A DNA stretch of 64,000 bases from Albugo candida (GCA_040437565.1 JBDOQK010000039.1:1-64000), one strand, 5' to 3'; positions 23,647 to 35,600 are shown, counted from the first letter of the stretch. Notes: a model not told the origin generated them from the sequence alone. A program made the numbers and translations.

Positions 23647-24541
23647 GATAAAAGCATTATTGTCAATCAACCGTTCCATGAAAACGTGTAGCAGTGACTC
23701 ATTGAATATGCAGAAAGTAGAGATTGCTGACGTTCCATTCACATGGAATAGCTGTTTGGTCACGCGTGATCGTGAACTACCTCCCTCAGATTAGTTGTTG
23801 AACATTTTATGACTCCGAACGTAGGAATCCGTGACGTGGTTTTGACACTATGACTGGATGCACATAACAACCCAGATTGGTCTAAGAGCATTCAATTATG
23901 TAATTAGCAGATTTACTGTCAATAAAATTCTGGTTGTTGAGCTGCGAGTTGTATCACCGCAATATTGCGCGGTCTGCGATGAAATCGTATCTCAACACAC
24001 TATACAAGTGCTCATGAAGACGTTTGGACGCTTGATCACGGATTAAAGGTCACATTCTTGTAGTCACAGCATCTCCCGCTCCAAAATACGAGTGCATCGA
24101 TATAAAAAAAAGACTGATGCCGGATGCAGTTCTCGTGTGCATTCACAGCGTTTGCATTTAACTACGAAGAAACACTACTTTCCAGCTTCATCCATTGATT
24201 GAATCGTGCAAAGGTGCGATGTGATATGTACTGGTCACAAAATTGCTTTCCAACGACGGTGTATAGCTATTGGAAGCGTATTGATCTAACTCTGGCTAGA
24301 TGTTTCAGTGAGCTCACGTCCAGAAGATAGCTATATATACATGTATGACGCAATAGAAACAATCTGTATATCAAACTTTTGATTGAGATTGCAATTTATT
24401 TATACTACTGCGTCGGCTTATCCGGTGTAAAATCAATCATTACTTGATCATAATTCACATAATATTACTCAGAGAATTGTGGGATAATTCGTCAGAAAAA
24501 TTGTATATTGAAAAGTCTAAATGTGCATGCAAAATAAACGA

Positions 24542-25141
24542 CTATTGGCGGAGCGTGCATCGACTAGCGGGCGGTGCAGGCGCATCACTCTCTTTGGTTT
24601 TATCATAATTGTCTCCGCTTTCAGGTTGTCCGCCTTGCTGAGTACCTTGGTGCTCAACACTTGGTCCACCTGATTGTTGGCCACCTTGTTGAGGAGCTAG
24701 TTGCTTTTCTGCTTCTTGAGGTGGTGGTTGTTCTGCTTCTTTGGGCGGTGGTTGGTCAGTTTCCTTGGGAGCTGGTGCGTCTTTCGGTGGAGTACCGTTA
24801 TCTTGGCCGTATTCTCCTCCTCCATCCTCACCGCCCTTTTTCTCACCTTCACCCTTCTTATCATCCCTGCCGCCGGATGCTTCGCCTCCTTTCCCACCCT
24901 CAACACTTTTCACTTCCCACACTTGGTTATATACTTGAATTCCTTCTGGCGAGTGCAATGCGAGCCATAAGAAGTGGCAAACCATGTTAGGTTTGAGTGC
25001 ATCCAAGCCTGTCAATGGAATCTCAGTTCCTGGAGCGGTCTTAATACACTGCTCCGATTCATAAAGTACAGCCGATTTATCATTTCCGAAGCATTCAACA
25101 CTGCAAGCTCCGTAGTGGGACTCCGATAATTTCGAAATAGG
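24542..25141 (-). CDS. Secreted AA17-like LPMO, copy 3 (5' end lost in the gap)
   Basis: Open frame from the gap edge: PISKLSESHYGACSVEC..EQCIKTAPG..CHFLWLALHSPEGIQVYNQV, then a tail nearly identical to copy 2, ending SRCTLRQ. Confidence 0.8.
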   Translation of the reverse strand, partial: PISKLSESHYGACSVECFGNDKSAVLYESEQCIKTAPGTEIPLTGLDALKPNMVCHFLWLALHSPEGIQVYNQVWEVKSVEGGKGGEASGGRDDKKGEGEKKGGEDGGGEYGQDNGTPPKDAPAPKETDQPPPKEAEQPPPQEAEKQLAPQQGGQQSGGPSVEHQGTQQGGQPESGDNYDKTKESDAPAPPASRCTLRQ

Positions 25142-25313
25142 NNNNNNNNNNNNNNNNNNNNNNNNNNNNNNNNNNNNNNNNNNNNNNNNNNNNNNNNNNN
25201 NNNNNNNNNNNNNNNNNNNNNNNNNNNNNNNNNNNNNNNNNCGTCAATCACACGGCTGGTGGAGAAACGTTCACCATCAAACCAACCATTTTCACTCTTA
25301 TAAACGAAAAAGA

Positions 25314-27677
25314 ATGGCTCCTACAAAACGCCGCAACCGTAAAACCACAAAGGATCCTTACTCTAGTGTGGACCAAGCCGAGCGTGTAAAACTTGGAGCC
25401 GAAGCGAAAGAACGAGGGAACACCGCATTCGCTGCTGGAGACCATGCAACTGCTATCAAAGAGTTCACGTCTGCGATCGCGTACGAGCCGGAGAATGTAA
25501 TCTACTACTCAAATCGCTCCGCTGCATATTTGAGTGCTGGACAAGCCACACAAGCGGTTCAGGATGCCAAAAAGTGTATCGATCTGGATCCAAAATTCTC
25601 CAAAGGATACGCTCGACTCGGTGCCACTCAGTTTTACATTAAGAATTACGGAAAAGCTGTGGCTGCGTACACGGAAGGTTTGACCATTGACAAAGGAAAC
25701 AAACAGCTGCAAGCTGGTCTTACACAAGCTCAGGCGGCACTACAAGTGCAAGAAGAAGAGATCAATGGAGTGGAAATGGATGAAGCGACACGGAAAATGA
25801 AACGCATGGAAATCGAAGAAACCATCAACAAGGCACGTAAAGAACGTGAACTACGTGCTGAACGTGCTGAACGAGGATTCAGTGAAGTTATTGGTATCGA
25901 TCTGGGAACCACATACTCCTGTGTAGGTGTATGGAAAGATGGCCAAGTAGAGATCATTGCTAATACTGAAGGAAACCGTACAACGCCTTCTTGGGTCGCA
26001 TTTACCGACAGCGAGCGATTGATTGGTGAGGCAGCCAAAATACAAGCGGCTTCCAACCCAACAAACACTGTTTTCGACGCGAAGCGTATTATTGGTAGAA
26101 GTTTTGCCGATGAAGCTGTGCAACGTGATGCTCAGCATTTCCCATTCAAAATCGTATCGGGTGATGGTGACAAACCACTTATTCAGGTGGAATTCAAAAA
26201 AGAGACAAAACAGTTCACACCTGAAGAAATCTCTGCTATGGTGCTCACGCGAATGAAAGAAACCGCTGAAGCATACCTCGGACAGCCCATCAAACAAGCG
26301 GTTGTGACCGTCCCTGCGTATTTCAATGACCACCAACGTCAATCGACCAAAGATGCCGGATCGATTGCTGGTTTAGACGTGAAGCGAATCATCAATGAGC
26401 CCACTGCAGCTGCCTTGGCGTACGGTCTTGACACCAACGCTGGATCTGATGGCAAAGCCTGTAATGTGCTCATCTTTGATCTCGGTGGTGGAACATTTGA
26501 TGTTTCAATTCTTCGTATTGAAAATGGTATTTTTGAAGTCAAAGCTACCGGTGGAGACACACATTTGGGTGGTGAAGATTTCGATAATAATATGGTCGAT
26601 TATATGATCCAAGAATTCAAACGCAAGAATCGTGGGTCTGATCCTTCAAGCAACCCTCGTTCCATGCGTCGGCTTCGAACTGCATGTGAGTCTGCAAAAC
26701 GTATGCTGTCGACCTCTACAACCGCTTCCATCGAAGTGGACTCTCTGTTTGAGGGTATTGATTTCAGCCTCACAGTCACCCGAGCCAAATTCGAATCGCT
26801 GAATGAAGAGCTGTTCAAACGATGCGAAGAAACTGTGCTCAAAGTTCTTGCGGATGCTGCAATGAAGCCTGATGAGATTTCCGAAATTGTGCTTGTGGGT
26901 GGATCCACTCGTATTCCTAAAGTTCAGAACCTCTTATCCGCTGTTTTTGGTGGCAAGGAATTGTCGAAATCGATCAATCCTGACGAAGCAGTTGCATACG
27001 GGGCAGCAGTCCAGGGAGCTATTCTCGATGGAATTCGCAATGATGCAACGAATTCTCTCTTGTTGGTCGATGTGACGCCCTTATCGCTGGGTATTGAAAC
27101 AGTTGGAAAAGTAATGTCAGTCTTGATCAAGCGTAACACTGCCATCCCAGTTCGTAAGACCCGCGTGTACACCACTGAAGAAGACTATCAAACGGCTGTG
27201 GACGTCTGCATCTATGAAGGTGAACGTGCTTGCGTGGATTCCAACAACAAATTAGGAGAATTCACAATTTCTGGCATTGAACGAGCGCGTCGAGGAGAGC
27301 CTCAAGTCAAAGTCACCTTTGAGATCGATGCGAACGGAATTCTCAATGTCTCTGCTACTGACAAGAAAACGGGAGCCAAAGCCGAGACCACCATTTCCAA
27401 CAATCGTGGGCGACTCAGTCAGGAAGACATTGATCGAATGGTATCGGATGCTGAGAAATTCAAAAAAGACGACGCAGAAATGCTTTCCCGAATTGAAGCA
27501 CGCAACGGCTTGGAGCAATTTATTTATCGAGCTATCAATATTGTCCAAGAAAAGGGCGATGCTGCAACAGGGAATGCGTTGCGAGATGCTCGTGAATGGC
27601 TCGACGACCACGAGGACGCGACGTTGCGTGAATTAGAAGAGAAGAAACGAATGTTGGAACGTATGGTGCGTCTATAG
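25314..27677 (+). CDS. Hsp70 with an N-terminal HOP/STI1-like TPR domain (787 aa)
   Basis: [28 protein letters not shown] (three TPRs), a charged linker, then [69 protein letters not shown]. Ends LERMVRL with no EEVD. Single uninterrupted ORF. Confidence 0.95.
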   Translation: MAPTKRRNRKTTKDPYSSVDQAERVKLGAEAKERGNTAFAAGDHATAIKEFTSAIAYEPENVIYYSNRSAAYLSAGQATQAVQDAKKCIDLDPKFSKGYARLGATQFYIKNYGKAVAAYTEGLTIDKGNKQLQAGLTQAQAALQVQEEEINGVEMDEATRKMKRMEIEETINKARKERELRAERAERGFSEVIGIDLGTTYSCVGVWKDGQVEIIANTEGNRTTPSWVAFTDSERLIGEAAKIQAASNPTNTVFDAKRIIGRSFADEAVQRDAQHFPFKIVSGDGDKPLIQVEFKKETKQFTPEEISAMVLTRMKETAEAYLGQPIKQAVVTVPAYFNDHQRQSTKDAGSIAGLDVKRIINEPTAAALAYGLDTNAGSDGKACNVLIFDLGGGTFDVSILRIENGIFEVKATGGDTHLGGEDFDNNMVDYMIQEFKRKNRGSDPSSNPRSMRRLRTACESAKRMLSTSTTASIEVDSLFEGIDFSLTVTRAKFESLNEELFKRCEETVLKVLADAAMKPDEISEIVLVGGSTRIPKVQNLLSAVFGGKELSKSINPDEAVAYGAAVQGAILDGIRNDATNSLLLVDVTPLSLGIETVGKVMSVLIKRNTAIPVRKTRVYTTEEDYQTAVDVCIYEGERACVDSNNKLGEFTISGIERARRGEPQVKVTFEIDANGILNVSATDKKTGAKAETTISNNRGRLSQEDIDRMVSDAEKFKKDDAEMLSRIEARNGLEQFIYRAINIVQEKGDAATGNALRDAREWLDDHEDATLRELEEKKRMLERMVRL

Positions 27678-28494
27678 GATTTTGACTTCATTTTGAATCC
27701 TTTTTCAATGAAATACATTTTGCTTCCTGAAAGTACTTTAAGAATTGCAATCTCGAGTAACGATCTCTTAATTAATTTGACACTGATATTCTGAAACTCT
27801 GAAACTATGATACTATGATACTCTCGTGTTATACATGGTCAGCGAAGTAGAACTGGCTATTGGGCAGCAGTGTGAATAAATCACATAAGAGTTACGAGAC
27901 ATCGAAAGCGACGCTGGCAATCACATCATTCACTATCGAGATGGCATGCTCCCTTCTGAAAGGTTTCTTGAGAACCGATGAAGACGATACGGTAAGGTGC
28001 TTGTAGATGTATATGTTGACATTGATATACCATATTGGGGATTGTTGAAGTTCAATTTCTCGATACAAAGATACAAGTTTTCTGCTATTCATTCAAATTT
28101 AAAACAGCACCGTGAGAGTGATACAACGAGAGGATCAAGTGGTAAAGTGTATCTGAACTATAACAAGACAAAGTATTTTTATTCATCACTCGCTCAAGGA
28201 TCGTCGAATGCAATTATTTATTATCAGACTAGGGCGTTACTCTTAACGCGTTTATATGCTTTGATAGAGAGACTGAATCGTACGCCAATGAAGAGACCAC
28301 GGCCAGTATCAAAGCTTGTCGATATAGTATACAAGAGGAACAATTGCACAGATCGAGTGGTGCCGGACGGAGATAACAATTCTCTGTACTCATAGCTTTT
28401 TTTATTAAGAAAGACATACTGAATGAAAAAAGTGGTTTTACTCACTTTAACTAGTCTTAAAAGGTCCTTTCAGACGTGATTGTGGCTTGGATGT

Positions 28495-30237
28495 CTACAT
28501 CATTCCTCCCATACCTCCCATTCCGCCCATACCACCCATTCCTCCGCCCATCGGAGGTGCGTCACTGGCGTCTGATGGTAAGTCTGCAATCAAAGCTTCA
28601 GCGGTCATCATCAATGAGGCAACACTGGACGCATCCAAAAGACCTGTACGGATCACTTTCGTTGGGTCGATGATACCCGCTTGCACCATATCGACGTATT
28701 CTGAAGTTTGTGCGTTGAATCCGAACGATGCTTCTTTGCCTTCCAAAAGTTTGCCGACTACAACAGCTCCTTCTTCGCCAGCGTTTTTGGCGATCTGAGT
28801 GACTGGGGCGCGACAGGCACGCTCAATGATTTGCACACCGACTTTCTGGTCTAGGTTTTCACATTTGTCGTACAGACTTGGAAGACTTCTCGAGGACCAA
28901 AGAAGAGCAGATCCGCCACCAGGGACGATACCTTCTGCTACAGCCGCTCGAGTCGCATTAAGGGCGTCGACAACACGATCTTTCTTCTCGTTGACTTCCA
29001 CCTCACTAGCTCCACCAACTTTGATGACAGCAACTCCACCGCTTAATTTTGCTAATCTCTCTTGTAATTTTTCTTTTTCGTAGTCTGAAGTTGTCGAGTC
29101 AATCGAACCTCGCAGCAAATCACAACGTTCCTCAACCGATTCAGGTGTTCCTGCGCCGTCCAACATCAATGTGTCATCTTTGGTGATGGTTACTTTCTTT
29201 GCCGTTCCAAGCATGTCCACAGAGGTAGTTTCTAGGCGATGTCCAAGTTCTTCAGAGATCACAGTTGCGCCTGTCATCACTGCCATGTCCTGAAGTGAAG
29301 CCTTGCGGTTATCTCCAAAACCAGGAGCTTTGACGGCACATACTTTGACTCCTCCTCGAATTTTGTTGATAACCAAAGCCGCTAAGGCTTCACTTTCGAC
29401 ATCTTCCGCAATGATCAAAAGCGGACGCTGTTGCTTGACGACGGTCTCGAGTACCGGTAAAATACTTTGGAGAGTTGATACTTTCTTTTCGACCAATAGA
29501 ATGAACGGATTTTCCAACTCGCATGATTGATTCTTGTTATCAGTTACGAAATAAGGTGAGATGTAACCACGGTCAAACTTCATCCCTTCAACCACTTCAA
29601 GCTCGTTATATAACGTCTTCCCATCTTGAACTGTAATAACGCCTTCTTTTCCGACTCGTTCCATAGCTTCACTGATCAAATTTCCGACTTCCTTTTCGCT
29701 GTTGGCGGAGATGGTGGCCACTTGTGCTATTTTTTGTTTGTCAGCTACATCTTGAGATATTTTCTGTAGCTCTTCGACGACGTGGTCAACTGCCAATTTG
29801 ATACCGCGACGTAAATCGGTTGGGTTCATACCAGCCGCAACGGCTTTGCATCCTTCGCTGTAAATTGCACGAGTGAGCACGGTTGCAGAGGTTGTACCAT
29901 CCCCAGCAGCATCATTCGTGTTGTTTGCCACCTGACGCAAAAGTTGCGCACCCATGTTCTCAAACTTGTCTTTGAAGTCGATATTCTTTGCGACGGTGAC
30001 TCCATCTTTGGTGATTTTTGGAGCGCCATACGATTGATCGATTACGACATTACGTCCCTTGGGTCCCATTGTGACTTCAACAGCATTAGTCAGCTGATCG
30101 GCACCTTTAAGCATCAAAGCGCGCCCTTCAACCCCAAAGCGAATATCTTTTCCTGATGCAAACGATCGCCGAGCTACTGCTCGGGTCGCATGCTGCATCA
30201 AGCTTTTCTTAATCGCAATTGCTCGAGAGATGTTCAT
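28495..30237 (-). CDS. HSP60: Mitochondrial chaperonin 60
   Basis: Basic presequence, [53 protein letters not shown], and a GGM-repeat tail. Confidence 0.98.
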   Translation of the reverse strand: MNISRAIAIKKSLMQHATRAVARRSFASGKDIRFGVEGRALMLKGADQLTNAVEVTMGPKGRNVVIDQSYGAPKITKDGVTVAKNIDFKDKFENMGAQLLRQVANNTNDAAGDGTTSATVLTRAIYSEGCKAVAAGMNPTDLRRGIKLAVDHVVEELQKISQDVADKQKIAQVATISANSEKEVGNLISEAMERVGKEGVITVQDGKTLYNELEVVEGMKFDRGYISPYFVTDNKNQSCELENPFILLVEKKVSTLQSILPVLETVVKQQRPLLIIAEDVESEALAALVINKIRGGVKVCAVKAPGFGDNRKASLQDMAVMTGATVISEELGHRLETTSVDMLGTAKKVTITKDDTLMLDGAGTPESVEERCDLLRGSIDSTTSDYEKEKLQERLAKLSGGVAVIKVGGASEVEVNEKKDRVVDALNATRAAVAEGIVPGGGSALLWSSRSLPSLYDKCENLDQKVGVQIIERACRAPVTQIAKNAGEEGAVVVGKLLEGKEASFGFNAQTSEYVDMVQAGIIDPTKVIRTGLLDASSVASLMMTAEALIADLPSDASDAPPMGGGMGGMGGMGGMGGMM

Positions 30238-30374
30238 ATTTAAAATTGTATTCAGTAACTTGTCGAATTGGAAACTGTGAAAGAATGCTTGTCAAAATGC
30301 GTGGTTGATAGGAGTTCAATTGTAAATTACGAGCCGAACGTTATGATAAGTACGATATATGTGTAATCTGGTTG

Positions 30375-30384
30375 ATTCTAGAAC
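30375..30384. promoter_or_regulatory. Possible two-unit heat-shock element upstream of HSP60
   Basis: aTTCtaGAAc (nTTCnnGAAn) about 140 bp upstream of the HSP60 ATG. Only two units, so weak support. Confidence 0.3.
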
Positions 30385-30561
30385 ATGTCTGATACAGTGT
30401 CATACAAACATACTTTTCGTATTTATGAGAGCTTATACTGTTCATAAGATCTGATTCTGAGTCTGAGCGTGTGACTTTTCATCCGTGCGCTCGAAAAGCT
30501 GACGAGGGTGCAGAAGTGCAAGATCTGAAGATCTAGTTCCCATCCTAAGGTCCCTAGACCA

Positions 30562-32526
30562 ATGGGAAATAAACGCAAGAAACTTGGTGTAGTGAGTGTT
30601 GCGCTCATAACGTACTTCAATGTGAGCGGCGGTCCTTGGGGATCCGAGCCAATTATCGCTGCATGTGGTCCCCTGATTGGGATTCTTGCGACACTTGTAT
30701 TTCCCTTTGTTTGGTGTTTACCACTGGCTTTGTCCTTTGCAGAGATGTTTTCAGCATTTCCCACTGATTCGAGTTTCTGTACGTGGGTTGGTAAAGCTTT
30801 TGGACGGCCGATGGGCTTCTACATCGGTTACTGGTCTTGGATTGGTGGCGTCATTGATAATGCGATCTATCCTTGCCTCATGGTGGATTCTATCCATGCT
30901 GTATTGGTTGGACCTGATGCAGTGGTCAAATCGTTTGTTATTCCTATGTGGATGTACGCGATACGATTGTTTGCTGCTACTGTCTTCATGCTGCCAACCA
31001 TTTACAGCATCGACGCTGTTGGTCGTTTTTTGTTGATACTCGGAATAGTTATGATTTTTCCGTTTATCGTGTTGGTTGTGACAAGTATTCCACAGATACT
31101 TCCGTCAAACTGGTTGCAAGTACGGTCAGAGCCGCAGTGGAGCCGGCTTTTGAGTGTTCTGTATTGGAGCTACAGTGGGTTTGATGCTGCCGGTGCGTAC
31201 GCAGGCGTGATCGATAATCCTCAGCGAACATATCCCCATGCGATGATAGCTACAGTCGTTCTGGTATNNNNNNNNNNNNNNNNNNNNNNNNNNNNNNNNN
31301 NNNNNNNNNNNNNNNNNNNNNNNNNNNNNNNNNNNNNNNNNNNNNNNNNNNNNNNNNNNNNNNNNNNATCCATGCTGTATTGGTTGGACCTGATGCAGTG
31401 GTCAAATCGTTTGTTATTCCTATGTGGATGTACGCGATACGATTGTTTGCTGCTACTGTCTTCATGCTGCCAACCATTTACAGCATCGACGCTGTTGGTC
31501 GTTTTTTGTTGATACTCGGAATAGTTATGATTTTTCCGTTTATCGTGTTGGTTGTGACAAGTATTCCACAGATACTTCCGTCAAACTGGTTGCAAGTACG
31601 GTCAGAGCCGCAGTGGAGCCGGCTTTTGAGTGTTCTGTATTGGAGCTACAGTGGGTTTGATGCTGCCGGTGCGTACACAGGCGTGATCGATAATCCTCAG
31701 CGAACATATCCCCATGCGATGATAGCTACAGTCGTTCTGGTATCGCTTACGTATTCGATTCCATTCTTGGCAGCTTCAGGGGTGAATAAACCGCCATATG
31801 AGCTATGGTCCGACGGCTTTTATCCTATCATTGCCGAGTACATCGCTGGCCCGGGTCTGCGTTCTTGGTTTCTCTTATGCGCAATTCTGGGCAATATGGG
31901 TGTGTATATTGCAAAAATGACCAAGAATGGATTCCAATTAGCCGGAATGGCGGATCTTGGGTTGGCGCCCACGTTTTTCATCGCGTACTACTCCCATTCT
32001 TTTTTTGAAGCGTTGATCTCTGTACTCATATGTATCTGATTGCCGATGTAGACGTTCGGCCGAAAATGGTGTTCCAGTTCGAGCGATTCTTACAGCATAT
32101 GGCATCATTTCCTTTATGGCTCTTTTTGACTTTAACGTGATACTGGGTGTGGATAACTTCTTGTCTGCACTTTCGTGTGTCACGGAAATGTGTGCAATCG
32201 TAGTGCTTCGATTCAAACACCCAGAGATTGAGCGACCGTACAAAGTGAATGTTTCCAGCATTTCGCTACTAGTAATCATGGTGATTCCATTCAGCATCGG
32301 CACATTCGTGCTACTGAATGAGTTGGTTAAATCCAGGCTCAGTCTGTTACTGAATATCGTCGCCATTCTTCTGGGGGTTGGCTATCACCAAATACTGCGT
32401 CGATCTGCTTCCTACGTGACATCGGAACAGGCGAATAAGCTCTTGCAGTATCAATTGGAAGGAATGGAGAGGACGAAAGCAAATGAGTGTGAATCAACTG
32501 TAGCGTCCATTCGACAAATAGAATAG
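30562..32526 (+). CDS. Amino acid-polyamine-organocation (APC) transporter, polyamine-uptake-like
   Basis: YFNVSGGPWGSE, AEMFSAFP, IDNAIYP, LYWSYSGFDAAG, NPQRTYP, LAGMADLGLAP, LRFKHPEIERPYKV; multiple TM helices; intron about 31985-32051. 31368-31743 duplicates 30892-31267 across the gap. Confidence 0.92.
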
Positions 32527-32613
32527 ACCGATACAAAATGAATACGAACAGGGTGTATACAAAGCATTTGGGAGGTCGGGAAGATATATGGCGCGAATTG
32601 ATGCTTGCACATG

Positions 32614-35600
32614 CTATAGACTTGCGCATTCCACGCTCAAGGAATTGGCGTCATCGACCTTATCTTGATGAGTTTCTGAGTCTGGTGGAGAGTCTTCCGT
32701 TCGCATTTTTGTTTGTTCAGAAATGGATGTAAGCTGTGAGAGTTTGTTTGTTACAAATGAAAGACCATCAAACAGACTTGTTTTTGTGGCTTCGTATTGA
32801 GATTTTTGAAGTAATGGTTCATCAGTTTCTGTAGTTACGCAAGTGTTCTCTTCGTCAATGGTCTCCGTATCATTTTCGTCCGTCACTTTTTCGTCTTTTT
32901 CTCTCGCTTTTTCATTATCTTGTCTCACTTCCCCATTTTCTACTCTCACTTCTTCATCTTCTTCTCCCACTACCGCATCTTCCTCTTTCGCATTTTCACC
33001 TTCGCTCACTGCTGCATCTTCTTTTTCCACTTCTTCATCTTGTCCTCTTCCCTCGTCATCTTCTACTCCCATTTCTTCATCTACCACTCTTCCTTCGCCC
33101 TCTTCTACTTCCACTTCTTCATCTTGTCCTCTTCCCTCGTCATCTTCTACTCCCATTTCTTCATCTACCACTCTTCCTTCGCCCTCTTCTACTTCCACTT
33201 CTTCATCTTGTCCTCTTCCCTCGTCATCTTCTACTCCCATTTCTTCATCTACCACTCTTCCTTCGCCCTCTTCTACTTCCACTTCTTCATCTTGTCCTCT
33301 TCCCTCGTCATCTTCTACTCCCATTTCTTCATCTACCACTCTTCCTTCGCCCTCTTCTACTTCCACTTCTTCATCTTGTCCTCTTCCCTCGTCATCTTCT
33401 ACTCCCATTTCTTCATCTACCACTCTTCCTTCGCCCTCTTCTACTTCCACTTCTTCATCTTGTCCTCTTCCCTCGTCATCTTCTACTCCCATTTCTTCAT
33501 CTACCACTCTTCCTTCGCCCTCTTCTACTTCCACTTCTTCATCTTGTCCTCTTCCCTCGTCATCTTCTACTCCCATTTCTTCATCTACCACTCTTCCTTC
33601 GCCCTCTTCTACTTCCACTTCTTCATCTTGTCCTCTTCCCTCGTCATCTTCTACTCCCATTTCTTCATCTACCACTCTTCCTTCGCCCTCTTCTACTTCC
33701 ACTTCTTCATCTTGTCCTCTTCCCTCGTCATCTTCTACTCCCATTTCTTCATCTACCACTCTNNNNNNNNNNNNNNNNNNNNNNNNNNNNNNNNNNNNNN
33801 NNNNNNNNNNNNNNNNNNNNNNNNNNNNNNNNNNNNNNNNNNNNNNNNNNNNNNNNNNNNNNCTTCTACTCCCATTTCTTCATCTACCACTCTTCCTTCG
33901 CCCTCTTCTACTTCCACTTCTTCATCTTGTCCTCTTCCCTCGTCATCTTCTACTCCCATTTCTTCATCTACCACTCTTCCTTCGCCCTCTTCTACTTCCA
34001 CTTCTTCATCTTGTCCTCTTCCCTCGTCATCTTCTACTCCCATTTCTTCATCTACCACTCTTCCTTCGCCCTCTTCTACTTCCACTTCTTCATCTTGTCC
34101 TCTTCCCTCGTCATCTTCTACTCCCATTTCTTCATCTACCACTCTTCCTTCGCCCTCTTCTACTTCCACTTCTTCATCTTGTCCTCTTCCCTCGTCATCT
34201 TCTACTCCCATTTCTTCATCTACCACTCTTCCTTCGCCCTCTTCTACTTCCACTTCTTCATCTTGTCCTCTTCCCTCGTCATCTTCTACTCCCATTTCTT
34301 CATCTACCACTCTTCCTTCGCCCTCTTCTACTTCCACTTCTTCATCTTGTCCTCTTCCCTCGTCATCTTCTACTCCCATTTCTTCATCTACCACTCTTCC
34401 TTCGCCCTCTTCTACTTCCACTTCTTCATCTTGTCCTCTTCCCTCGTCATCTTCTACTCCCATTTCTTCATCTACCACTCTTCCTTCGCCCTCTTCTACT
34501 TCCACTTCTTCATCTTGTCCTCTTCCCTCGTCATCTTCTACTCCCATTTCTTCATCTACCACTCTTCCTTCGCCCTCTTCTACTTCCACTTCTTCATCTT
34601 CTCTCGCTTCTTCATCTTCTCTCACTACTCCCTCTTCTGCTCTCACTTGTTTGGCGTCTTGTGTTTCTATATCATTTTCCTCTTCGCATTCCTTCTCATA
34701 AGAAGCAACATCGTCATCCGCAATACAAGGGTTTTCTACAGCGGTTGGAGGCTTTGGCATTTCGGAATGCTTTTCGGGGCTGTGAGATACTTGGGAGATT
34801 TGAGACATTAACTCCGACTCAGAATCTAGGACGACCTCATCTTGGCTCTCCTCGCACTCTTGCCCAAGATCCTGAGCATTATTATTATCATCAGTTTCCG
34901 AGCCCTTTTGCTCTAAGCTTGGTGCGATGATATCCAACTTCTCCCCACCTGTATCTCCGTCTTCAACTTCATGAGAAAGCATTTGTGTGGTATCAGAATG
35001 TTCTTTGAAGTCTTCAGAATCAGGAAGCGATTCCTTGCGTTCTTCCTCGTTTAAAACGCTTTCAGTAGTAAACTCGACATGGGAACTATTGTCTTGATCA
35101 TTCGCAATCTTGACCCCAAGACCGGCAAAGAGATTGTTCACATTATTGCCCACCACACATTGCTGTGTTTCAGCGACTCCTTTCATATCGGATACATTTT
35201 GCCTAAGGGTATCCAGTCTCTCTTTCGCTGCCTCGATCTCAGCACAAACGATGTTCAGCTCTTCGTCGTACTCTGCCGCTGCATCAAAATTGTCCTCGTC
35301 CGAAGCTCGTGCAATAGCGCTTTCTAGCGCTTCTTCTTGGCCGTACAAATGTTTTAACGACACCTCCAACTCATTAATCGAGTTCTCCAATGCCTCGACG
35401 GTTAGTTGATCGGGCTCATCAGTACCAGCTTCCTCTTCTTCCTCGTCAGTTGTAATGACTTGCTGCTTCTCATGTAGAAAGTTTTGATCCCTATCTGACC
35501 TTGCACTACCTTCTTCACTTTGTATTTCGCATGCGCCCTCGATCATTGTCACATTTTCCTGTTGCAAATCTAGAATCTTTTGCTTTTGGTGACTCAAAAT

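Larger units (their letters stand above)
21180..24480. repeat. Three copies of a ~0.6-kb non-coding block (about 21180-21778, 21879-22450, 23860-24480), the 3' flank of the AA17 duplication unit
   Basis: Shared tracts such as AATTGAACGCTTGATCAC, ACTACTTTCCAGCTT, GTCCAGA.G.TAG and TGTATGACGCA. The first two copies are clearly closer to each other than to the third. Confidence 0.85.

Noticed and set aside
27997-28395. 132-aa ORF between Hsp70 and HSP60
   Set aside because: Non-ATG start, no motif, and composition not convincingly coding.
25314-30237. Hsp70 next to Hsp60 as a bacterial dnaK/groEL operon or contamination
   Set aside because: The genes are convergent, Hsp60 has a mitochondrial presequence, the Hsp70 is of eukaryotic cytosolic type, and neighbouring genes have spliceosomal introns.
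33025-34600. Regular repeat array resembling CRISPR
   Set aside because: Head-to-tail identical units with no unique spacers, in frame within a eukaryotic gene.
32843-34930. Long plus-strand ORFs (695, 593, 294 aa) rich in Ser/Pro, Leu/His or Phe
   Set aside because: They are antisense and off-frame shadows of the stop-free 84-bp repeat; the minus-strand acidic frame continues into unique coding sequence on both sides.
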